Shown here in pieces: positions 40,818-54,089 of a stretch of 64,000 bases of DNA (positions within the stretch are counted from its first letter, which is position 1; each line of letters begins with the position of its first letter). The DNA is from Octopus sinensis (taxonomy: Eukaryota). The notes below the pieces were generated by a model, which saw only the letters and a list, made by a program, of their open reading frames with translations, was not told the origin of the DNA and ran no database searches. Where the stretch lies: NCBI RefSeq assembly GCF_006345805.1, contig NC_043009.1, forward strand, positions 70,184,001 through 70,248,000. The letters run 5' to 3'. The translations under genes and the position numbers were made by a program.

Positions 40818-40863
<46 letters not shown>

Positions 40864-40984
40864 CCTTTGTATCCTTTCCCGCTTAGAATATGACCGATAA
40901 CTCGTCACCTCCTTTCCCGTTCACCCACCTTCCAATAAATTTATTGTAAGATGGGACAGAAACTTTCTATTATTTCATCATCTT

Positions 40985-41950
40985 CCGTAGACAAAAGTGT
41001 GTGTATCTACACACCCTCCTGTTACATTCACCACACAACCTCTTTCACCAAAACCTTCTTCCCGGTCAGAGGAAGGTGGCGGGGCGACCTTACAGATGGA
41101 TTCAGAAGATAACCGGATCGAAGTCACATGCATCAATAGCTATCTAACAATTAAAAAAATCAGTAATGATCTGGAAGAGTACGAGCCACGAAGAATGGTT
41201 TCATCGCTCTTTTCGCATCTCGAATATGCCAACATGATGGCACCAACATGCCTATAGAGTTTATCTCGAACCGTAACTGCCTCCTGGTGGTGGCACTGCC
41301 AGGCCAGGGATTTCGGAAAATTGTCCATAGGAACTTGACCAGAAATACTTGGGTTCGCATAACACAGCAGATTCTGGACAATGGTTCTAGAATTTCCCTG
41401 ACGGGGCATCTATCTTTCCCTCGGTAATCCTTAAAAGAACTCCATCTTAAAGTAGCAAAGTCTGCATTACTCAGCTCAAAGAAAGTGGAGGAACGAAGCG
41501 TGCCACGAGACAGAAATAGGACAAGGCACAACAGTGAAGCAGTGTCACAAGACCGATGTAATGGAAGTGATTATCACCACCGACCTACACTTCAAGGACC
41601 GCTTCATATTGGCTCGTTTCTGAATATTAACCTCATCCCAGGTTTTTTTTTATATGGAAGACTGGACCACACCAAACCCTAAGTAATTTAACCGGTACAT
41701 CTATCCACCATCCTAAGAGGCGGTTGGATGACATGGATATTTTCTTGAAGAGATGCACTGAGCAGCGACCGGCGAAGCGGCGTGCCCTGATTCCTTTTTG
41801 CTTCTACTGCCGGTTCCTATCATTCAGAGCCATTTACCGGGATAGGTTCAGCATTGGATGCTATTACAGTAACACCATCCGCATATGCTGACACAAATCT
41901 TCCACTTCTAGTCCAAGTCGAATGTCCTTCACTACTGTAACGTCAGCACA
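40985..41950 (-). mobile_element. L1/Tx1-clade LINE ORF2 remnant
   Basis: RFVSAYADGVTV (YADD motif at 41874-41885), PVKLLRVW, PMDNFPKSLAWQC..VRDKLYRH..RCEKSDETIL, IRLSSESICKVAPPPS. Confidence 0.8.
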
Positions 41951-44299
41951 TGATGTTCACTGGATGCAGCGTTGGGAAAAACTATGAACAGTGGACCCGT
42001 TAAATATACCTCTTCAGCGATTTAGAAACTCTTGACGAACTTTCAAGACTTTCGCTGACGTCACTCCAGGATTGACTAATTACATATTGGTGGGGGGGGG
42101 GGGGCTTAAACCGAGCCCTCAGGATAAGAAAGAAATAACCATATAATGCCTTTCAACATTCAGCTGACCGAGACATCAGAAAACAAGTGACGTCTTAAGA
42201 AAGTCAGCCATCTGGAACGTTGGATGAATGTCAGACAAAAACAAGTGGACAAGACAGTTGAAAAAAAGAATGATGTTGACAATACTTAATCAAGCAGAGC
42301 ACAGGACAACTACCGAACAAAAATTAGTCTTAAAATGTTGATAAATATAAGACATCACCAGGAAGTGAAACAACCAGAACGCTCGATTGCTGCCAAACCA
42401 AAATTTGTGACCAGAGCATTCACCAAACAAATGACGGAAACAAGCGGTCAGCCAAGCAGAATATTTGTCCTCAAGCGCTCAGAAACTAATGGCGTCATTG
42501 AGTTTAGAACCAATCAACAAGTGGACCAAACATCTTACATGTACCTTGGAATTTCAGTTTAAGGCAGTTCAAGTTCTCACCAACAAAACCTACGAGGAGA
42601 AGTAAAATGAGCTTTTTTGCTAATATTTCAATTCTGTTCGTCTCTAAATGCTAATATGACTTATCGATTTGAAATCAATTCGACTCTCAATCATTTGTCA
42701 TTTTTATGAAATTCATCGAACATTGGAACTTGCACTTTTTTCTACTATAGTGAAATTTATTGATATTTATATTTGTTTGAACACTTTATTCTTTTGTGCA
42801 AGTTTCACTGAATTTTCTCCTCTGGATTCAGTTTCTTTTACACTTTCGCTTGCTTTTCATTTAGCATTGACAAAATTCCCGAAACTGGTATGGCAATTAA
42901 CGGAATACATCTCTGAAGTGGTTATACGATGTTCAGGAATTATTAGAACCTGTTGGTCCATACAGATTCCATCCTGAGTGCATAGCATTTTTTATTGCCT
43001 CTTCAATCACCGGCTTTATGTACTGTGCCACAAATGTGGCAATGAGCCATCTGTGTGCCTCTACTACGCTGGCCTACGACGGACATTTTGGTTTAGGTTG
43101 CACAAACTAAGTCTGCCAATTCCTCTCTTGGAAATAATGTTGTAAAAGCAATTAAAACAATCCACTCCAGTTTCAGAAAGTCAGTAGAAGTTACTCTCCT
43201 GCCTTCTAACATTTACGAAAAATTTCTAAGATAAAGAAACAGTTTAGTGACATATTTTCACAATGTCATCCTTTTCCCAAGCAAAATTGTTGTTCTTCTT
43301 TTCTCCGTTGAAAGCATTTCGTTGTGTTTTGATGCAAACATCCCTTTCAAGTGATGCACGTGAGTGTCAAAATAGTAAACCTACATATTTAAAAATAACC
43401 AAAGTTAACAACATCAAGGTTTCTACTCGCAATATACAGCGATGATGCTGAATAATAAAATGTAATTATTTACTGTTACTGTTGCCATTGTTCCAGATTA
43501 GTCATAAACCAGCACTTTATTAATAGATGAACCGCGAAGAAGCACGATTTATTTTTATAAATACCGTATACTTATATAGTTCACTGTCTCCTTCCATGTT
43601 TTTAGGAACGGAGTGAATTATTGACGGAAACGTAGCTGCTATTTCTAGCAGACGAAGCAACGATATGCAAGTTCCTTTTCTGTTTCGTATTGTATATTTA
43701 GTTTGACGTTCTGCCAGGTCTTCTAAGTTGTAACTACTTTTAAAACCATGTTATTTATTGCTTTGTAAATGTTTTGCTAGTCGCTTTCTCCCTGCTGTTT
43801 ATCGAACAAGAAAAAAAAAGATATATGGTAGAGTTTTTGTAAAAATTTTATTTGTTTATTTAATGTTTAAAACAAAACATTATTTAAGAGTTCCACTGAA
43901 ATGCTATTGTCTATTATAAAGAGGAAAAAAATCAATTTCATTTTCATAGTCTACGTCTTGTACAAACACCGTTTCCACAGAATATTGTTGTTTAATATTG
44001 GAATATATTCATGTATTCCTTGGACTGGCTTTGGCAGAATATTTTCAGATATGGTACATTCAAATGCAGACTCTTTTCCGATATAAACGATTTTGGCAAG
44101 CGATCAAGCTTCGTTTCCAATGTATTACAGCAATCGCTTTATTGTAATCAAACTATTAATTGTAATTAATGTTATGGAATTAGAGAAACATGTGCAACTG
44201 ACATTAAGTTGTTCAACCAGGAATTACAGAGACAGTGATTATCGTCGCCATCGTCATCATCATCATCGTCGTCATCGTCATCGTCGCTGTAGTCGTCAT

Positions 44300-44430
44300 T
44301 GTCATCATATATATATATGTATGTATGTATTTATGTATGTCTGTATGTCTGTATGTATGTATGTATGTATGTATGTATGTATGTATGTATGTATGTGTAT
44401 GTATGTATGTATGTGTGTGTGTGTTTGTGT
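44300..44430. repeat. (TGTA)n microsatellite, preceded by CAT/CGT repeats
   Basis: Directly visible. Confidence 0.95.
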
Positions 44431-44454
44431 GTCTGTGTTTGTAGCCCTATATTC

Positions 44455-44622
44455 ACTTGAAAACCGATGTTGGTGTGTGTACGTCTCGGTAACTTAGCGG
44501 TTCTGCAAAACAGACCGATAGAATAAGTATTGGGCTCGGAAAGTGTAAGTCCTAGGGTTGATTTGTTCGACTAAAGGCGATGCTCCAGCATGACCGTAGT
44601 TAAATGACTGAAACAAATGAAA
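44455..44622 (+). mobile_element. SINE 3' part
   Basis: GTAACTTAGCGGTTC..GACCGATAGAATAAGTA..AAGGCGATGCTCCAGCATGACCG; shares its 3' end with 62080-62130. Confidence 0.7.
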
Positions 44623-44624
44623 GA

Positions 44625-46540
44625 CTACCTAATCCGCCTACTGTAATAGGATTTGTTTTTAAGCTCCATGTTCGACTTACCTCTCTTTCCAGATCTTTGT
44701 ATTTTGAAAGTTTCTCCGTTTTTTTTAGAGAAATATTGTTATATGGTTTGTTGTTTCTTGTCCATCACCACATTTTCTGCAGTTACTTGTATTTCTTTAC
44801 ATTACATGTTTTTGGTTATTTCTAGTGGGGTGGCTTTGGTCTCGTGCTGCAATTAAAAATCTTTCAGTCTCTACTTTTGAGTCCCGAGTTTCTCAGCCTT
44901 TGTTGGGATTTTGCTTTGTCTATTTCTTTTCTGTTTATTTTAACCCAATATTTGCCACGAACGGGCTTTTCTTGACATCGTTCTACCATGACACGCTCCT
45001 GTTCCAGTTTTACTTTGGATTTCTTTGTTGTTTCTTCTTTTTCTTCATAGCTGTTAGGTACCATGACTTCTTTCTTGTATTTGTCAGCTCCCTTGAAGAA
45101 AGAAAACTTTTTCCTTGCTTCTGAAGTAGTTATTTCTGTAGTTCTATGGTTATTTTCTAATAGTTTTCAAGCCGTATAAGGCTTCTACCACCTTCGATAC
45201 ATTGTATATATAGCCCCCTCCATGTCAGATTTTGGGTGGTGCATCCCAAATCCTGTCATTATTTTTCTTGCATTTCTGTCTATTTTCATTAGTTCATTTA
45301 GAGTCCAGTTAAGAATATTGTAGATGTAACTTATAACTGGGACAGCTACAGTGTTGAAACCTATTTTCTGTTTTTCGCATTAAGCTCTGTTTTCAGTGTT
45401 AGTTTAACTCGTCTATAGTAATCTTCTCTTTCATTTGTGTGTGTTGTATTGTATCTAGTTTATCGATTCCGAAGTATGTGTATGTCTGGATTTGGTCTAA
45501 TTCTCATATTTCATTTGCGTTATCTAGTGTGATGCTGCTACTCTTAACTAGTTTTCCTTTTTTCGAAGTTGCTTTGGCACATTTTTCTAAGTCAAATTTC
45601 ATGTTTATTTCTTTGGTAAATCCAAATACTGTTTGTAGTAATGTTTCCAGCTGTTTTTCATTTGTATCATACAGATTTAGATCATCCATATACAAAATAT
45701 GGCCGATCGTTTTGCCGTAACATTGTATCCACATCCAGTTCTGTTTAGCATATCAGATAAAGGTCTCAGCGCCAAGCAGAAAAGGAGTGGAGAGAGCATG
45801 TCTCTCTGGAACATTTCTCTCCCAATGGGGATATCTTTGGTTTTTATGAGTCCCTCTTTTATCTGGAGCTGTACCACTGGGAAATACTATCAAAAGCCTT
45901 TCGGTAATCGATCCATTCCTACTTAGAACCTTCTTCTTTCTGCGGTTGTCTTCAGTTATGGCTTTATTGATCAGTAGCTGATCTTTAAAGCCGTATGAAC
46001 CTTGCAGCATCCCTTCTGCTCTTCTGGAAACAGATTGGTTCATTTCAGACATTTCCCCATTTTCTGCGATATTATTGGCTTTGTAAATTGTAGGGATACA
46101 AGTTATGTAGGGATACAAGTCTCTAGTTTTCTGGGTTTGCCGTTTCAGTGGATTTAGGAATTAGTATACTTTTCCCTTCCGTTCAACCATTGTCTCTGGC
46201 TTTGCTAGTATTTCATCAAATTTCTCAGCCAGCGTTTTATGTATTCTTGTTAGATACTTTAATCAGAATTTGGGGATCTTGTCGTGCTCGGATGCCTTCC
46301 AGTTGCCTAGTTTTTGCAGTCCCGGGTTGACCTCTTCTGTTGTTATAGGAGTGCTGAGATCTTCAGGTGCTGTGTTTGTTGTTTTGATAGAACTTTTCTG
46401 AGGGTGTTCCATCGCCGACCTTATTAATTTCCAAAATTCTTCCACTTCTTCTGCTGTTGGTGCTGCATTGATCTCTATTCTATTTATGCCAAGTTCAGAG
46501 GTCCTTGGCCAAGTTAAGAGGTCCTTTTGCCTATCGTTGG
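44625..46540 (-). mobile_element. R4/Dong LINE, degraded RT plus C-terminal region
   Basis: PTAEEVEEFW, KLGNWKASEHDKIP, PITCIPTIYK, GSYGFKDQLLINKAI, FQRDMLSPLLFCLAL, YMDD (45681-45692), KLSKYKDLEREVSRTW. Confidence 0.92.
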
Positions 46541-46544
46541 TTGT

Positions 46545-46740
46545 TTCAGGGTATTTAGCCAGTCCGATCGTGATGGTTTTCTACGTAAGTTCAAGCTGGA
46601 TCAAGCCTCGACCTCCCTGAGCTCTGGGAAGGTAAAGACGATCCACGCCTGTCTTCGGATGGTGCATCTTATTACCAGTCAGTAGCTTGCGGATTTTTCT
46701 GTCAATTTTCATTATTTGAATGGTATTCCAGTTAAGCACA
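46545..46740 (-). mobile_element. Second R4/Dong fragment (post-RT segment)
   Basis: SFNVLNWN..KIDRKIRKLLTGNKMHHPKTGVDRLYLPRAQGGRGLIQLE, preceded on the minus strand by TAA/CAA repeats. Confidence 0.88.
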
Positions 46741-46745
46741 TTAAA

Positions 46746-46803
46746 GCTATTATTATTATTGTTGTTGTTATTATTATTATTATTATTATTGTTGTTGTTG
46801 TTG

Positions 46804-46838
<35 letters not shown>

Positions 46839-46924
46839 TATTATGTCTTCGTTTTTAAGACTTTGTTTTATAAGAGCTGTTCCAAGTCTCAACTAGAGAC
46901 TTAATTAATTAAAGATACTACTAT

Positions 46925-47007
<83 letters not shown>

Positions 47008-47040
47008 ATAATAATAATATAATAATAATAATATTAATGA
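46746..47040. repeat. Compound trinucleotide microsatellites (TTA/TTG; CTA/TAA)
   Basis: Directly visible. Confidence 0.95.
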
Positions 47041-47317
47041 TAATAGTCAAGACGAAGAGCGCGATTCGATTGTAAGATATTTTATTAGTTGAACGATATT
47101 TCAACAGTACGTCTGTCTTTGTCAAGTTCAAAATAAGTGATAAAAATTCAAAATTACAGAAATTTATACGTAAAGTATGAACGAGAGCAACCAGCGTCAT
47201 CAGTTTGATATGAAGCCCACGGCTCCGATGATTGCAGAAACATTTGTTATTCACAGGTGTCTCCGTAACCTTTCAAAAGTTTTCACAGACGTATTGCATA
47301 CTGTTGGGAGTGACATT

Positions 47318-47349
<32 letters not shown>

Positions 47350-49009
47350 AGGAAACTATTTATCAATAGTTCTGTTGGCTTGGCTTGAATAGCTCCATCA
47401 ATTTGAAGGTTAAATTTGCAAAATTGCTGAGATCTTTATTTTTCTCCTACTTCGGCAGGTTTATGTTCTCACCAGTTCTTCGTATATGGGAGTCTAGATT
47501 TAGGGCATATGATATGGTGCAAATAATGACCAAATCCATCATAGCGATTAATAGACTCTTTTGCATTTAACATAGAAAGTCCATTGATGGGGTGGTGAAT
47601 AATTTCTATGGCTGTACCGAAAAAGCGGCAGAAACTATGAGCATCGTTATTAAGAATCTTGGTTTCATAATTTCTAATGGAAGACTCTGATCTTTAGTTG
47701 ACACAATGAACTCCTCTGTTTATGACTGGAGTCCAGATGCAGCTACACGCTGATGAGTCGTATATGTATCAACATCAAAATCACTGCTCTTTGTATGGTA
47801 TTTACCATGTACTTCCTTACTTTTCCAGTTACTTCACAACTCTGAGATTGCATTTCATTTGGATTGTGCTTTTATTTGTTTTGATTTCACAGACGGTTCT
47901 TCTGTTTCGTCTCGTTGCGCTCCAGTTTCGAGTTCTTATATTCTTTTACACATTTCATTTTTTCTATTGATTTTGACTACAGATTCTTAGAACTGTTATG
48001 CATTATATTTCCAGATTCTTCAAGGTGTGTATCCAGTGGCGCCAGTTCCGTATATTGTATACTATAAATGGTGCTGTAGGCCGCACGTCAGCACCAACCT
48101 GCCAATTCATCAACATTTGCTTGTGCAGGAAATCTTAGCAATTGCATTTATCACATGACAGATAACTGATTTCATGTTAACAGGTTACAGGTGAGTTTCT
48201 GTGAGAGATAAAGTAAGCTATACACATTATGAGAAACATGAGTAGTTTACCTTGCTCTTGTGTGTAACCCATTAAGGGTGGAAGTCTTTTCGACTGTTTC
48301 CTAATCTGCAGATGAAGGAAGGAAAGAAACCCGAAATTTCCTTAATTCTACGTCTGAAGGAGTGAATGTGTTAAGTATATTTTCCCTTAAATCATTGGCT
48401 ATAATACCTTGCAACGTCATGTGATGCTATCGAATTGTGTTTGGGTAAAGACAGACCGATTGTTGTTAGTATTTCGACGCTCACTGTTTAGAGAGAAGAG
48501 TGGACATATATAGGTAATTGTTTGCGTCATTTCTAACGTTCAATGTTTGTGGAGAGAGCGTTAGTTGCTAAACTTGACGTTATGGTAATTGAAGATAATA
48601 TGGCGCCTATGGATCCTTAGGAAATGTTTTTTTACTCAACGTCGGTAGTCTCTTACCTATTAATAGCGGATGATTCTAAACTGAATAGGGATTTAAACCA
48701 GATTACTTTTCTCATTTTTAGATGCTTCGTGTCTGGGTCTGTGAGTGTGTGTGTGGAGGGATCCTCTATATTTACTTGCTGGTAAAATCCTTTGTGATTG
48801 TGGGGCGCGGCCATGTTGATCTCTTTGCTAACTGTTTTGAGATCTCTCTGCTGATGCCATTGACTAGATCTGCAATAACAACAGGAGGGTTATGAGTGAC
48901 TATGAATATGAATGATTCTTTTTTCAAGTATAGCAATTGCGTATCTGGAGATCCAAGTTTTAATCCAGTACCTCTTTGGTTGGTTGTAAATGTCATATCG
49001 AAAACCATG

Positions 49010-49321
49010 TTTTGTTGTTGTTTGTTCCTTCTTGAGTCATTTCTAGCTCATAAGGGCCGGTTTCCCTGTTTCGTGGCGTATAGGTTCCCCACCTGGAGGG
49101 GACGCCGGTCCGTCGCAAGTGAGCTGCAAGATGCAGGAAGAAAGAGTGAGAGAAAGTTGTGGCGAAAGAGTCAGCAGAAGTTTCGCCATTACCTTCTGCC
49201 GGAGCCACGTGGAGCTTAGGTGTTTCGCTCATAAACACACTCATCATCCGGTCTGAGATTCGAACCCGCGGTCCCTCGACCGCGAGTCCGCTGCTCTAAC
49301 CACTAGGCCATGTGCCTCCAC
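49010..49321 (-). mobile_element. Complete tRNA(Arg)-like SINE with 13-bp target-site duplication
   Basis: A box TGGCCTAGTGG (49300-49310), B box GGTTCGAATCT (49256-49266), (CAA)-type tail, and TSD ATCGAAAACCATG at 48997-49009 and 49322-49334. Confidence 0.93.
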
Positions 49322-50850
49322 ATCGAAAACCATGGCGAATTGTTTACCATATTTAAATGCTTTCATTGCAAAAAATATCGAATTTGAAGGCAATAACTTT
49401 CTAACTCACTTCATCTAGAAACACTGGGACCATCAAGAGACTATTACAGTATCACATGGAATATTCTTTACGTAGTCCATCCTTATTCACTTGGACTCTT
49501 TATTGCCAACCCCGCCTCCGAAAGACAGTCAATAGTTTAGCATCCTGAAGGAAAATTAGCTATCATAGTTCTGCCACCAACAGACGAGCGCACTGTTAAT
49601 GACTTTGAAGTCTCTTGTCAATGAAAACCCGACTGCGCCGAGCTAAGCCCTTCTGGACCACAAACAAAAACAGCGTACCGATTTTATGTTGCTCATAGAG
49701 TGTATACTTTACTCATGTCTGTCATGGGAACCCATTTGTAATTTGACACTACCGAATCGGTTACTCCGTGTGAAAAATTTAATGGCTAAGTTTTCACACG
49801 CTACAGAAGAATGTTCACTAATTGAAAGAGTGATGCCAACATCTAACATGCACCACATAATGAAATGAAAAGAACTGGTGTCGCTATATATGCAGTTCTA
49901 CAGGTTAGCGACAAAAGTATTACAACAATCTTCCTGCAAAACTTGGACCTAACAGTGAACTGAATAAACCATTGGAAGCCAAATACCTAGGGAATATTTA
50001 AAGTTTTCGTTTAAAATCTCTTTACATTCTTTGAGCATCTGATGAGGAGGGACACTATTGTAGAATAAAACAGTTATTATACACACATGCGGGCACATAC
50101 ATAATACACGCGCGCGTACACAAACATATATATGCGTACGGTTTTTATGTAGAGGGATGCATCGCATGGGCCACGGCCATAATTTAGCCGCAATCCTTGC
50201 AGTACACGTAAAGCTGTGAACATCACAACATCTCAGTCGTCTTTCATCTTCTAACAGAGCCAAGGTCCTGTGTTTATGTAAGCAAGTAATTTATATTAAT
50301 TTATTGAATGCACTTAGCAATTTAATGCTTCTCTTGCTGCACAAAGTAAAGAGAGTAACAAAAAAAATAAGAAAGAAATATAAAATAGAAATAAAACAAC
50401 CACAACAAGTATTTAGAAGACTAAAAAAAAATGACATTTGGAATATTTATGCAAAGTTAGATTTCGGTGAAATGTATTGGGTAATTTGAATATGATTAAG
50501 TACTTGTCATGTCTTTTGTGCAAGCGAATCATTTTACAAACGAAATAGCGATTTTCTGTCAGTCTTCTTCCATTAAATAGTAAAGTAGTAAAAATGAAAT
50601 AGTAATATTTATAAAATCGATGGGAATTATAAACACTGTACATATATGAGTGTATACATACATACATACATACATACATACATACATACATACATACATA
50701 CATACATACGTGCATACATACATTCATACACACACACGTTTACACAATCACATATAAACACAGATATTAGACATATATTAATATCTTAATACGTATGTAG
50801 GAATGTATGTATATGTGTGTAGGTGTGTAAATATGTGCATATGTATTGAA

Positions 50851-50898
<48 letters not shown>

Positions 50899-51417
50899 GT
50901 ATACAAATGTGTCTGACATATGAACTGACACACACACATACGTGCGTGTTGGTGTGTATACATGATAAAGAATTTGGTGCATGAAAACGTCTAATGAGGT
51001 AATGTAGAGAAATATGGAAATCTGAGTGAAATAAAACTATAAACTGCTACGAAATAAACTTTTTAAAAGGGAATTAAAAAAAATGATGAGAGTGAGATTT
51101 ACAGTTGCTTTTCTTAAATGCTAGAAAATATAGGTATTGGATTTCAAATCGTGGCAAGTTTGGTGTATCATTTAAAGAAGTATGAACTAAGAATTGATAT
51201 CTTTTCATTAGTTTAGACATGGTATCTCTATGTTTACGCTTTGCAGGTTATGAAGTGAATAATCCATTTTTTGCTCGGGTATTATGTGAGTACCTGAAGC
51301 ATCAATTGTATTATACTGCGCCCTTGTTGGTGACAGGTATCTTGAAAGGATGATAGAGCTAAATACAAGGGATCATATGCCACCTGCTGTAACTCTACAC
51401 TTACCCCTTTCTTAGTG

Positions 51418-51421
51418 TAGT

Positions 51422-51462
<41 letters not shown>

Positions 51463-51463
51463 C

Positions 51464-51511
<48 letters not shown>
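51418..51511. repeat. (CAG)n(TAG)n microsatellite
   Basis: Directly visible. Confidence 0.97.
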
Positions 51512-51512
<1 letters not shown>

Positions 51513-51659
51513 TATAGACATGGGCTGTAACAGCGCGTCACTGCATCCACTAGTTGTTGCTACTACCTTATTCCACCAGTCTGATGACGCCTTGGCACCA
51601 CTCAAGCGAGAACCCTGCGCCCCATGGATCTGTTTGCGTAGTCTTACCTGATAAGGATT

Positions 51660-51865
51660 GTACAAGTTTGAATTGCAAATCCTGGCTCAACCACTTTTAG
51701 TCCCATTGCACATCGCACAGATAAAGTGTTGGGTCCAATATTTGAGATGCCGGTCCCCACACAGTAGAGGAGTCACTTAAAATAAACTATTTTGTTCAAG
51801 AACACTGCACGCTGCCCACTCTGGGATTTGAACCTTCCATCTGGTCATTGTGCGTGTAACATACC
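51660..51865 (-). mobile_element. Degraded SINE
   Basis: B-box-like GGTTCAAATCCC on the minus strand followed by GTGTTCTTGAACAAAATAG (cf. TGTGTCCTTGAGCAAGAC). Confidence 0.4.
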
Positions 51866-52669
51866 AAATTTCAGTCTGCAAACATTCGAAGGAGAGTCCC
51901 AGCTGTTATTCTGGTTCCCATTCATGCTGCAGGAATTCACCTGGAATGCTTGGGTATCAACTACATCAACGTCAGAAGAGCTGAATGTTTTGGAAAGCAT
52001 CAAGGCCAAAGTTCCACCCGACACCAAACAATTAAAAGAAAAACAGGAAGAAATCATTTGTCATTGCAATCTACACCTGTGGATTACTTTCTTAAGTACA
52101 GCTCTCGCGTTCCTTTGCAAATTATCTGTGTGTTTATGTGTGTGTGTGTGCGTATAAACTTTTCCCTCGTAGGTGCATAATAGTGCACGAGTGTGTATGT
52201 TGCATTACTGCTTATGTGTAAGTGCCTAAATGTACGTGGTTGCGTAATTGTGAGCACATCTTCACGCAAGAACTTCAAAGGAGGTATTTTAGAAATGCTT
52301 TAGATATTTTTCCCTGTTCCTCTTATGGTATGAATCCGGATAATGCGAATCAATCTGCTCTGCTGGAGATCCGAAGCATTTCTAGGTTTTGGAGATCCGA
52401 AGAATTTCTAGGTTTCTAAAGAAATTAGTTGTTTGTCCAGTGCACCTACAATAATAGAAAGAAACAAAAATATGTAACAGGGATGCAGGATCTCTAAGTT
52501 TCTTACCAGTTCTCCATGGCTGCTCTTCTTTTTCTCGATTCTGATAAGCATTCACATTATTATTGATAGTTCTGTTCATACGTACGTACGTGTATGTATG
52601 TATGTATTTACGGATGGATGGATGGATAGATGGATGGATGGATAGATGGATAGATGGATGCATGCATGT

Positions 52670-53335
52670 TGATAACAGACCGGCCAAGGCAAACAGTGCA
52701 TTTAGAAGACTGCAATAGAGTCTGGAAAAATGACCATCTGGAGAAAGCGATCATGATTAATGTTCTAACCATCCTCTAGCAAGGCTCAAATTCGTGGACC
52801 ATTTACTGGCGCCAACCACAGCTCATTGAGTGATCCCATCAGCGCTGCCTTTGTATTATCCTCAGCATCCGCTGGAGTGACTTTGTCAATAACTTCGAAG
52901 TTCTAGAACAAGTGAAGGTTACCAGCATGGAGGCAATTCTGCTAAAGACACAGCTACGCTGGACAGGACTCGTCACCGGGATGGGAGATTATCGACTTCC
53001 CAAGATGACGTTGTATGATGAACTCTCCTCTCTTCATCATGACCGAAGAGCAACAAAGAAGAAATACAAGAAATTCCTTGGTGCCTTTAGTCTATTCTTG
53101 CCACTGACTGTGAAACCTGGTGTCTCATTGGCCAAGGACAACGGTCTCATTTGAAGACACTTGCAAAGCTGCCCTTGCAGACAAGAGAAAAGTGAGGAAT
53201 AACAAAGCTATTAAATCAACCTTGATCAGACTATCCATGCAGCCTCTGCGGTTGTGCCTTTTTGTCTAGAATTGGACTTGTTACGTATCGGCAAACCTGT
53301 CGTAGACGAGCACCTCCTCCGTCGTAGCGTCCTAA
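52670..53335 (+). mobile_element. RTE-clade LINE 3' fragment
   Basis: AKANSAFRRL, EAILLKTQLRWTGLVTGMGDYRLPKMTLYDEL, and a terminal Cys/His-like motif. Confidence 0.82.
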
Positions 53336-54011
53336 ATTCAGATTTTTAACTGAAACTCAACCATTGAATAGTTCGAATAAGAGAAACCCAGAATTATAAT
53401 TCAGGAAGGTTCGGTTTCAAATAAATATATACACTAGTTTTTTGTATTCATTTCCCCTGCAATTGCATTCATATCTCTCCGGTTATCTATTTCTAAAATA
53501 TATTCGCTAAATATAACTATATTCTATTGGAATCCCAGCATGCGGCTGCATCAATTTCTTCTGCCAACAAAAGAATTATATAATATCAGCAACGTATTAC
53601 CAATCAGGAATTTCTACTGATCGCTGGCTTTACCATTATTAAATGGAAAATCTTCAAGCTACAACACTGCTTTAGCTTAGCTTTCAAATACATCAGAGCC
53701 GATGGGAATCATTTCTCTTTTTTATGACAATATGTTTTAAATATTTGTGACTCACCTGAACAAATAGGCAATGAAAAGCTTTGCCAACTATCACTGACAA
53801 GCATTCGTTTCTGCTGCCAGGCAAAAGTGTCCTCGTCGACATTTGAGCTTAGAAAGTAACAACCCAGACCAAATACACATTTATTCGACTCTGCGACGAT
53901 TCTTATTACTTACCTCCTTGCACGTGTTATATAATGAGATAAAACCTTCAGGGTTGTTGAAGTTTTAGGTGAATAATAGAAAATTCAGATTGTTTGGAAT
54001 CCAATTTAGGA

Positions 54012-54014
<3 letters not shown>

Positions 54015-54087
<73 letters not shown>
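54015..54087. repeat. (GA)n microsatellite
   Basis: Directly visible. Confidence 0.97.

Positions 54088-54089
<2 letters not shown>

Noticed and set aside
49250-49321. tRNA gene
   Set aside because: This is the tRNA-like head of a SINE, with body, tail and TSD and no proper acceptor stem.
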